Shown here: in pieces, positions 39,178 to 49,922 of the stretch
Layout of the letters: each line of letters begins with the position of its first letter
Position numbering within the stretch: position 1 is the first letter of the stretch
From: Octopus bimaculoides
Lineage: Eukaryota
Direction: 5' to 3'
Assembly: GCF_001194135.2 (NCBI RefSeq)
Contig: NC_068982.1
Location: 15,789,974 to 15,853,973 of the forward strand
Length of the DNA stretch: 64,000 nt
Translations under genes and position numbers: made by a program
Notes under the pieces: model-generated
What the model was told of the DNA's origin: nothing
The model's input: only the letters and a program-made list of their open reading frames with translations
Database searches by the model: none

Positions 39178-39183
<6 letters not shown>
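38800..39183 (+). mobile_element. Direct-repeat-bounded unit carrying a hammerhead-like motif (retrozyme or Penelope pseudo-LTR-like)
   Basis: 72-bp repeats at 38800-38871 and 39112-39183 (57/72 identical, no indels, period 312), with a hammerhead core at 39014-39045. Confidence 0.55.
39008..39051 (+). ncRNA. Candidate minimal type I hammerhead ribozyme (degenerate)
   Basis: TCCAA-CTGATGA-T-TTTC-AGTA-GAAT-GAAA-T-CACG-A-TA-TGGGA. All core nucleotides are present; helix I has 4/5 pairs, helix II 3/4 pairs and helix III 2 bp. Confidence 0.55.
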
Positions 39184-39231
<48 letters not shown>

Positions 39232-39289
39232 TATATACACACGTGCGTGTGTATTTATATATGCTGATGGACAAGGACACCTGTATAAA

Positions 39290-39890
39290 GAAATGCTTAT
39301 TACTTTGTAACTTAAGATTAATCATAAGCTTTCAATGAGTTATTATTTTGCTGTTTTGTATTTTAAGAATAATGTAAAGCATTATTATTATTATTATTAT
39401 TAGTTATTACATTGTACATTGAGATTAATTTTAAGCATTGATATAAGTTATTACTGTGTAGCTTAAGATTAAGCTACAATTATTAGTTCTTACTTTACCT
39501 GTTATGATCAGTCTTAAGGTTTGATATTAGGCATAACTTCATAACTTAAAATGAATCTAAAGCTTTAATATTTATTGCTACTTTGTATCTTATGATCAGT
39601 ATTAAGGGATTGATATTACTTATTACTTTGTAATTTAAGATTGATCTTAAACTTTCATATGATTAAAATAAAGTGAAACACTATTATTAGTTGTTACTTA
39701 GTACATTTAGATTTATTTTAAGCTTTGATATAAGTTATTAATTTGTAGCTTAAGAGTAAGCTACATATATTAGTTTTTACTTTACCTGTTATGATCAGTC
39801 TTAAGATTTGATATTGCTTTGTAGCTTAGGATTAATCTTAACCACAGATATTAGTTATTACCTTGTATCTTATGATTAACATTGTATCCT
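39290..39890. repeat. AT-rich satellite with about 287-bp higher-order duplication
   Basis: Recurring ttattactttgtaacttaagattaatc-like units. ctttacctgttatgatcagtcttaag occurs at 39493 and 39780. Confidence 0.75.
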
Positions 39891-41497
39891 ATGAGTAATA
39901 TTTATTTCTTTATTGCCCATTGGGAGCTAAACATAGATGGGACAAACAAGGGCAGACAAAAGGATTAAGTCAATTACATCGACCCCAGTATGTAACTGGT
40001 ACTTATTTAATCAACCCCGAAAGGATGAAAGGCAAAGTCGACCTTGGCGGAATTTGAACTCAGAACGTAATGGCAAACGAAATACCTCTAAGCATTTTGC
40101 CTAGTTAACGATTCTGCCAGCTCGCCGCCCTTAGAATATTAACGAAGGAAATATTGGTTTCCAATTTTGGCACAAGGCCAGCAAGGTGGAACAGCATAAA
40201 GTTGATTACATCAAGCCTAGTGCTTAAACTTGTTCATATTTTATTGACCCCCGAAAGGGATGAAACGCAAAGTCAATCTCAGCAGAATTTGAACTCAGAA
40301 CGAAAAATCAGAAGAAGTACTGCTGAGCTTTTTATCTGGCACAATAATGCTTCTGCTAGCTTACCACCTTTATATTAGCTTATATAATAAGATTATCAAG
40401 CTTTGACAATGGTTATTAATTTACGTCTTAAGTTTTAACAAAATGCTATAAGTACTTTGTCTTGACATTCTACCTATTCTGTTTGGCCACTATCTTCATG
40501 GCACATCTTATTTATATATCAAAGTTTTCTCTTGAACATTTATAGCTTGGTCATTCTGTATCTCTAACAGAATGAAATATCTTTAATCACGATGTAAATG
40601 TATATATATTTATGTCCTTCAAAACAAATCTAGATAGCATAAATATGCTATCTAGATTTGCTTTGAAGTAGTTTTAGCAGTTAGAAACTTAAAGAAATCC
40701 AAAGGAATGGATAGAGCACAAGATCAGCATTTGGCAGATTAAAATTTTAGATTCCAAATTTAATCTGATGTGACTGAAACTACATAAGTCTGTTATTTAT
40801 ACAAACAATTTACGGATTTTTTCAAGTGCTGACTGTGAAGAACTGATAACAGATAATTGATTGAAACTTGGAAGTACATCACACAACAGAATTGTGTATA
40901 TGTATTCTGTATTTAAGAGCAAATTCAGGATTGTTACTTCAAACTAGAACTTAGAGAATGTCGACAAGAATCTAATTTGAATATGCTTTGTCCCTTCTTA
41001 ATCCCTACAATATTTGTTGTCTTCTATAATTTTTCTAGCTTACTTATTGCCAAATCCTGATCCACTTACAATACTTTAAAAAAATATTTAATGCTAAATC
41101 ATTCAGATTTCTCTCTCAAATATAATGTTTATTTATTCACATTGTTTTTAATTTATCTCATAGTTTTGAGATTTTGATCATATGATTGTTTATTTTTAGA
41201 ACAACATTGTAGGATAGGTATGAGAGGCTGGATCTGGTTTGGCTGGTTTGAACAGAGAACAAGCTAAATATGGCCAGTTTAAATATTAAAGGGCTGAGAG
41301 GTTCATGACTAATGAATATCACATTAATTGAAATCCATGATTTTGGATTGCTAGTTAAATGGTTTCTCTTTAAATTGGACTTATAACCCATATATACCCC
41401 TGGTTGTGTTTTCACAATGCAAAACCTGCTCCTACTTACTTAAACATGAACTCGCCGGGAAGCATTTGGCTGAGCATACGAAATGTTCAGTAGGTAG

Positions 41498-41720
41498 CTA
41501 TTTCTTTATTGCCCACAAGAGGCTAAACATAGAGGGGACAAACAAATGGATTAAGTCGATTACATTGACCCCAGTGTGTAACTGGTACCTAATTTATCGA
41601 CCCCAAAAGGATGAAAGGCAAAGTCGACCTCGGCGGAATTTGAACTCAGAATGTAGCGGCAGACGAAATACCGCTAAGCATTTCGCCCGGCGTGCTAACG
41701 TTTCTGCCAGCTCGCCGCCT
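41498..41720 (-). mobile_element. Young full-length family B SINE (B1 tail) with a 14-bp TSD
   Basis: TGTTCAGTAGGTAG at 41484-41497 and 41721-41734, with a near-consensus body. Confidence 0.9.
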
Positions 41721-43905
41721 TGTTCAGTAGGTAGTCGACACCCATAGCTAACAGATTCATACTGTCTTTTTCTTCCAAACTGTGAAAGCCTACCATAACG
41801 TTTAATCTAAATACCGTGAAATTTTTAGATTTCATTTTTGTTATCGGCATATATGGGATAATGTAAAAAAATCTTCAAACAAAACTAGATATTGTTTCAC
41901 ATATTGAGGTTAATATTGTATTTGCTCTATGGCATTTTTCATCATGTTCATCAGTCATCAATCATGAACTACACATCATAAAGCATAAGATATAGACCAG
42001 GGGTTTTCAACCAGGTTCCACATGATCCTTGGGGGTTCATATGACATTGTTGTTATAATTTTTATGTAATAAACTGGTTATATTCCTTCAATATACAAAA
42101 TATATTACCATTTTAAAAAATTACTATCCCTAATATCATCATCATCGTTTAATGTCCGCTTTCCATGTCACCATGGGTTGGATGGTTTGACTGAGGGCTG
42201 GTGAGCCAGAAGGCTGCACCAGGCTCCAGTCTGATCTGGCAAAGTTTCTACAGCTGGATGCCCTTCCTAATGACAACCACTCTGAGAATGTAGTGGATGC
42301 TTTTTACGTGCCACCAGCATGAGGGCCAGTCAGGCAATACTGGCATAAACCATTCTCAAATGGTGCTTTTTATGTTCCAAACACCTGGTTAAAATGGCAA
42401 AGTTCTTTTATGAAATTCTTCATAGGTGCAAGCGTGGCTGTATGGTAAGAAGCTTGCTTCCCAACCACATGCTTCTGGGTTCAGTCCCACTGCATGGTAC
42501 CTTGGGCAAGTGTCTTCTACTATAGCTTCAAGTTGACCAAAGTCTTGTGAGTGGATTTAATAAATGAAAACTGAAAGAAACCCATCATGTATGTCTGTGT
42601 GTGTGTATAAATACAGAAAAATAGCATTCAGTGAACACATTGACATTTGTGCCAATAACAAACAACCCAGCTTCAGAATTTTTCCCCTCTATCAATTCAG
42701 GGACAATGCATCCTGTAGTCAGTGCATTAGAAAAGAGGCATACTTTATCATAAAATATAAACCCCTTTTGAAAGCGTCCACCACAAATGACAATATTACA
42801 AGGGCCTTGCAAATATTAAAAACAATATATTCAGAACAGTCACTACCCATGAATTTATTCAGAACAATTCCAATCACTACTATTACAACCACAACAGCTC
42901 ACTTTTAGGTCACTTGACCATTTAAGAGGATTCCACCAACATCCTACTACTGTCATACCACTCCTGCATTTTTATTCTTTCACTTCTTCTTTGCTGCCTC
43001 CTTTCTCAACTACTACTGCTGCTTAAACAATCAAAAACAAGAATTCATATCAAATATTAGGACTACTACTACCTGTTGCCCACTACCTAGAATGCCCATG
43101 AGTGAGAGACAGAGACAGACAGAAAAAAAGAAAATATCCCTTGCATTTGAAAACTATGGAAATATTTTTTAAAAACATTTCATTTAATTTTTCCACAATT
43201 TAAGTTGGGAGTACAAATGTACAAATTTAAGTTGAAAAAGTCACAAAGACTGAAACCAGTACTATAATGTTCTTCATGATAAAATTATTTTAGAATTTTC
43301 TACCTTGTCTTATTTTCCTTATACAAATCAACTCGTGTGTTCTTTTTCAACCTTCTACATATAAATATACATATATATTATATGTGTGTTTGTGCCTGTG
43401 TTCGTTGCACACCACTGCTTGACAACCAGTCTTGGTGTTTACATACCTGTAACTTAGCGGTTCAGCAAAAGAGACTGATAAAAAAACAGAAATAAGTCCT
43501 GGGTCAATTTGTTCGACTAAAACCCTTCAAGGCGGTGCTCCAGGGAGCTAACATGGGTCATGTGTCCTTCTGTTGTATGAGCAAAATATGTTCCTGGTTT
43601 TGGACCCCTTTCAAAGATTTGTTCAGACATTGGATTGATTGTTACGTAACAACCATTAAACCCCTTAACCAGAATAATCAGAATCAGAAGTGCTATAGAA
43701 TGGTAAATTGATAGAATGAGAGTGATGGCAGGTGGGGAGGGGGATGAGAAAGAGAGAGCGAGAGAGAGAAATGGCAACAGACATGTTCCCAAATTTCCTG
43801 ACTCTCCCACCATCATCTCTTGCTCATCGTTACCTCTTTCATTCTATATACTTTTATTCCTTCATTTTTTCTTGTATCTGAGTGTTTGTAGATATGTATA
43901 TATAT

Positions 43906-43943
<38 letters not shown>

Positions 43944-44629
43944 NNNNNNNNNNNNNNNNNNNNNNNNNNNNNNNNNNNNNNNNNNNNNNNNNNNNNNNNN
44001 NNNNNNNNNNNNNNNNNNNNNNNNNNNNNNNNNNNNNNNNNNNNNNNNNNNNNNNNNNNNNNNNNNNNNNNNNNNNNNNNNNNNNNNNNNNNNNNNNNNN
44101 NNNNNNNNNNNNNNNNNNNNNNNNNNNNNNNNNNNNNNNNNNNNNNNNNNNNNNNNNNNNNNNNNNNNNNNNNNNNNNNNNNNNNNNNNNNNNNNNNNNN
44201 NNNNNNNNNNNNNNNNNNNNNNNNNNNNNNNNNNNNNNNNNNNNNNNNNNNNNNNNNNNNNNNNNNNNNNNNNNNNNNNNNNNNNNNNNNNNNNNNNNNN
44301 NNNNNNNNNNNNNNNNNNNNNNNNNNNNNNNNNNNNNNNNNNNNNNNNNNNNNNNNNNNNNNNNNNNNNNNNNNNNNNNNNNNNNNNNNNNNNNNNNNNN
44401 NNNNNNNNNNNNNNNNNNNNNNNNNNNNNNNNNNNNNNNNNNNNNNNNNNNNNNNNNNNNNNNNNNNNNNNNNNNNNNNNNNNNNNNNNNNNNNNNNNNN
44501 NNNNNNNNNNNNNNNNNNNNNNNNNNNNNNNNNNNNNNNNNNNNNNNNNNNNNNNNNNNNNNNNNNNNNNNNNNNNNNNNNNNNNNNNNNNNNNNNNNNN
44601 NNNNNNNNCTTAAATCCTACACCGTCTCT

Positions 44630-44910
44630 TCTTACCTGCCATACCAAACACCCCACTGTCCCCTATTTCACCATCCACCACTTACCACCACTACCATCAC
44701 CACCACCTCCATTAGCACAGTTACCACCATCACCACCGCCACTAGCATCACCTACGTTCCACCACCATCACAACAACCAGCATCACCACCACTATCACCT
44801 CCACCACCACCATCACCAGCACCACTAACAACACCTACATTCCACCACTACTACACCCCCCCCACTGCCATCGACATCACCACCACTACCACCACCACCA
44901 CCACCAGCAT
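44630..44910. repeat. (CAC/CAT)n low-complexity tract
   Basis: Imperfect caccac repeats. Confidence 0.85.
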
Positions 44911-45253
44911 TATGGTAGAAGCCGCAATCTTAATGCTAGCAATCCCTTAATATTCTTATCTTTGGCACAGAAACATTTTTAAAGTGCTTCAACAACAAGA
45001 ACAACAGGAGCAGAAGCTGCTACTGCTGCTGCTACTAGTACTACTACTATTGTACCATGATAACCATGGGATGCTAGTGTGGATGTGTGGTTAAGAAATT
45101 TGCTTCACTGTCACAGTGTTCTGGGGGTTCAATTCCACTACACCTTACCTTGGGTGAATGTCTTGCACATGAGCCCACAGCATGGCCATGCCTGATTCAT
45201 GCAAGTTTCTATTAACAAGAGGAGTGTCAAGAATCGAACAGGTACCTATATAT

Positions 45254-46392
45254 TCTGTTCTACTCTAGGCACAAGGCCTGAAATTTTTGAGGAGGGGGGA
45301 GGCAGTCGTTTAGATCGACCCCAGTACACAACTGGTACTTAATTTATCACCCCAAAAGGATGAAAGGCAAAGTCAGGCTCAGTGGAATTTGAACTCAGAA
45401 TATAAAGGCAGACGAAATACCAATTTCTTTAGTACCAAAAAAAAGGCTATACAAAGAGTTTTTATAGGACATCATAAAACAAAGACAATACAAAACGCAA
45501 CAGACATAAAATCAGGGAACCAAAAATACAAAAGCAGATGATGATAGTAGAAGAAAAATTAAAATAAAATGATAATATGCAAGAGTGAAAAAATGAGGCA
45601 CAATGTCCACTCGACCCCCGAAGTCGGGTGGTTACATTTATCCAGTTTTTCACTTTTACTTTAACAGTTTTACAACTCAAAAAATTGAAATACTCGTGTT
45701 ATTTTTCTCCCATTAATCACTGTTACTTCCATCTTTATCAACTGTAAATAATCAGTTCTAGCGGGTGGTGTCTCCACCAACCAAACCCGTTTCATTCTTA
45801 CATTCTCACCAAGTTCTTTTATGTACTCCCAGTAGTTTTCCTCATGTATCAAAATGTATTTCTCAGGCATCTTCACTCTTATTATTTCCAGACGAAATAC
45901 CTCTAAGCATTTTACCCGGCATGCTAACGTTTCTACCAGCTTGCTGCCTTAATTAAAATCTTTTGAACTATAGGCACAAGGCCTGAAATTCGGTGGGAGG
46001 AGGCCAGTCAATTAGATCGACCTCAGTACGTAACTGGTACTTAATTTATTGACCCCCGTAAGGATGAAAGGTAAAGTCAACCTCAGTGGAATTTGAACTC
46101 AGAATGTTAACAACAGAAGAAATGCCGCTAAGCATTTCACCTGGCATGCTAATGTTTCTTATTTCTTTATTGCCCACAAGGGGTTACACACAGAGGGAAC
46201 AAACAAGGACAGGCAAAGGGATTAAGCCGATTAAATCGATCCCAGTGCGTAACTGGTACTTAATTTATTGACCCCGAAAGGATGAAAGGCAAAGTTGACC
46301 TCAGTGTAATTTGAACTCCGAATGTAACGGCAGATCAAATACCGCTAAGCATTTCACCTGGCATGCTAACATTTCTGCCAGTTCGCTGCCTT
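45254..46392 (-). mobile_element. Cluster of three family B SINE units bounded by one 16-bp TSD
   Basis: ACAGGTACCTATATAT at 45238-45253 and 46393-46408. Confidence 0.85.
45421..45888 (-). mobile_element. 5'-truncated retroposon (probable L1/Tx1-like 3' end) inserted into a family B SINE with a 12-bp TSD
   Basis: CAGACGAAATAC at 45409-45420 and 45889-45900. Residual ORF on the minus strand followed by a T-rich UTR. The clade is inferred. Confidence 0.7.
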
Positions 46393-46635
46393 ACAGGTAC
46401 CTATATATGACATCTGCAGGCCTAAAACAAGGTCTTTGACACCATCAGCCATGAGGGGCCTTGGAAGATCATGGGAAAGTTCAAAGTCTGCCGGACAAAT
46501 TCAACTGTTTGGTGCGACAGTTCTAGGACAGCATGCTTGCCTGAGTATAAAACAATGGAGATTCTTCCAATGCTTTCCCAGTCACTAATGGAATCGAGTA
46601 GATTTGTCTACTCACCCGTATGTTGTTCAGTGTGA

Positions 46636-46835
46636 AGGCACGTGGCTTAGTGGTTAGGGTGTTGGACTCATGATCGTAAGATTGTGGTTTCAAATCCTGG
46701 ACCAGGCAATGTGTTGTGTTGTTAAGCAAGACACTTCGTTTCACATTGCTCTGTCCACTCAGCTGGCTAAAATGAGTAATACTGCGACAGACCAGCATCT
46801 TGTTCAGGTGAGGAATATATATGCCATGAGACATA
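46636..46835 (+). mobile_element. tRNA-headed SINE (family E)
   Basis: ggcacgtggcttagtggttagggtgttggactcatgatcgtaagattgtggtttcaaatcctgg head with A and B boxes. Confidence 0.75.
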
Positions 46836-48484
46836 GGCTTACAAAGAATAAGTCCTAGGGTCGATTTGCTTGACTAAAAGCGGTGCTCCAGCATGGCCAC
46901 AGTCAAATGACTGAAACAAGTAAAAGAGTGGAAAGAGTAAAAGAGCCAAGACAGTAAGAATGTCAGACAGGATGCCTTGTGGTATTTCTTCTGGACTTTT
47001 GTATTCAAAGTTGAAATCCCACTGCGCCCTATTTGGATGTCACCCAGTTTAATCTGTCTGATACCAACCTGCCTGACACTACCCCTGGAGGATCTATGAC
47101 AGATAATTCATGTTTTATAATAGTTTAACCGTTTAACATTTAAACTAGCCATATCCATTTCATATATTCTGCTTGTTTTATATCTAGACTGGCCAAATCT
47201 GGCCTCTCACACCTACCTTACAATATCTATCTGCATGGGGTGGGGGTATGCACTGTAACAATGTCACTACGTTCATCATTTGTTGGTGATTCCCTCCTAT
47301 TTCTGCCAGATGACACCTTTGCATCACTCAAGCAACAACCTTCCAACTCTTGGGTCTGTTTGGGTGGTCATTGTTGAAGAGGGTTTTACGAGGTTGGAGT
47401 GCAATGCCCACCACGACCTCTTTTAGCTGTATTTTATGACATCCAAGTCATGCCGGTCCCAACAATGTCATTCTCAAAATGATCAATCACACGAGAAAAA
47501 TCTTGAAGTTACATGATAATGCATAATTAATTCAAAGTAATGTGAATAAATAAGAATTACCTTTGACAGACTAATCTGAACGCTGAAAGTTTAAATTAAA
47601 ATCTTTCTTTAAAATCTCAAATCAATTTATGTTTCAAGCACTCGCTTATTAACAACAAGCAGAGACTACTATCTTTTTCAAAAATCAAGCCAACATTGGG
47701 TAATGTAAACCTAGATACACGATGTCTGGAAAATAGTAAAAAGCAAAAATAAAAAGCAAGAATAAAAGATAAAATGGGAACATCACAGCTGGAATATATT
47801 TGATCATCGATTTACTGAATTAGGGCTGACATGTGACTAAACAAAAATAATAATAATAATAACAATAATAATAATAATAATAATAACGAGCAGTAACCAA
47901 TACAAGGAAGCGATTTTTGTAGAATAACTATAGGATTGCTGATTGCCTACATAATACCACAGACATGAAAATAGATTACAGCATATAATTTGGTAAAGGA
48001 ATCAAAAACAAACAACCCCAAACACCAGAAAAGAGAAAAAAACAAAATGGAGATTTTAATGTAAATTGTAATGATTTTTTTTTTTTCCACCCTCAGACAA
48101 AATACATATATATTGTATTGTTCAAAACCATTTTCCATTGGGATGGCATCTGGAGCCAAATATTTGAATTTTCTAACAGAGTAATATATGTAGATGAATG
48201 GTAGTTTTGAGAATGTTTAAGACGTTGGAATCTGACTTATCAAAACTTATTAGACTTTCAGCTCATTACGTCAGTTTATATGTCACTTGAAGTTTTACTC
48301 ACAAACTTCCATTTTCAATTTTTTCTTTTTCTTTCTAAAACACACACATATATATAAATGTATGTATATAAAAAAAATATATAAATATATGTACTTACAC
48401 ACACGTGTGCACACACACACACACACACATACATATTATACATATACGTGGAGAGACAGAATCATTCTCTCTCTCTCTCTCTCT

Positions 48485-48533
<49 letters not shown>

Positions 48534-49361
48534 NNNNNNNNNNNNNNNNNNNNNNNNNNNNNNNNNNNNNNNNNNNNNNNNNNNNNNNNNNNNNNNNNNN
48601 NNNNNNNNNNNNNNNNNNNNNNNNNNNNNNNNNNNNNNNNNNNNNNNNNNNNNNNNNNNNNNNNNNNNNNNNNNNNNNNNNNNNNNNNNNNNNNNNNNNN
48701 NNNNNNNNNNNNNNNNNNNNNNNNNNNNNNNNNNNNNNNNNNNNNNNNNNNNNNNNNNNNNNNNNNNNNNNNNNNNNNNNNNNNNNNNNNNNNNNNNNNN
48801 NNNNNNNNNNNNNNNNNNNNNNNNNNNNNNNNNNNNNNNNNNNNNNNNNNNNNNNNNNNNNNNNNNNNNNNNNNNNNNNNNNNNNNNNNNNNNNNNNNNN
48901 NNNNNNNNNNNNNNNNNNNNNNNNNNNNNNNNNNNNNNNNNNNNNNNNNNNNNNNNNNNNNNNNNNNNNNNNNNNNNNNNNNNNNNNNNNNNNNNNNNNN
49001 NNNNNNNNNNNNNNNNNNNNNNNNNNNNNNNNNNNNNNNNNNNNNNNNNNNNNNNNNNNNNNNNNNNNNNNNNNNNNNNNNNNNNNNNNNNNNNNNNNNN
49101 NNNNNNNNNNNNNNNNNNNNNNNNNNNNNNNNNNNNNNNGGCACATGAAAGACACCATTTCGAGCGTGGCCGTTTTCGTGCGGGTGACACGTAAAAGCAC
49201 CCACTACACTCTCTGAGTGGTTGGCGTTAGGAAGGGCATCCAGCTGTAGAAACTCTGCCAAATTAGACTGGAGCCTGGTGTTGCCATCTGGTTTCACCAG
49301 TCCTCAGTCAAATCGTCCAACCCATGCTAGCATGGAAAGCGGACGTTAAACGATGATGATG

Positions 49362-49407
<46 letters not shown>

Positions 49408-49471
49408 CTATGTGTACATGTGTGTATATTTGTATATATATATATATATATAAATGTATCTTTGCAGGTAC

Positions 49472-49513
<42 letters not shown>

Positions 49514-49583
49514 TCAAACACTCATTTGCACACCCACTCACATTCTCTTGTAAATGCTTGTCTCCTTCTCTCTCTCTTTACAG

Positions 49584-49647
49584 ACAAGAAATGATGGAAT
49601 GGGTACGAATATTGGAGAAGACACTGAGTTCTTTGGGCTTAATTCAG
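49584..49647 (+). CDS. Coding exon 3: (R)QEMMEWVRILEKTLSSLGLIQ (PH C-terminal helix)
   Basis: (CT)n polypyrimidine tract plus tttacAG acceptor, donor CAG/GTGAGA at 49648. Phase 2 in and phase 0 out fit the neighbours, and EWV carries the invariant PH helix Trp. Confidence 0.9.
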
Positions 49648-49879
49648 GTGAGACTCAATTGATATTACATACACACACACACACAAACACACATGCTTAT
49701 ACATATATATGTGCATACATATACAAACATGCATTCACACACACACAGACATATATATATATATATATACATACATACACACGCATGCACTCTTACACAT
49801 ATTTTTTGCATTTATGCATATAAACATGCCCACACACTCACAGATGAACAGGCATGTGCATACACTATTACATATATAT

Positions 49880-49922
<43 letters not shown>

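Larger units (their letters stand above)
45200..46635 (+). mobile_element. RTE (BovB-like) reverse-transcriptase remnant split by a SINE cluster
   Basis: After removing the insert the sequence reads QEECQESNRYLY|MTSAGL..FDTISHEGPWKIMGKF..PDKFNCLVRQF*DSMLA*V*NNGDSSNAFPVTNGIE*ICLL..MLFS, similar to RTE RT domains 3-4. Confidence 0.85.
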
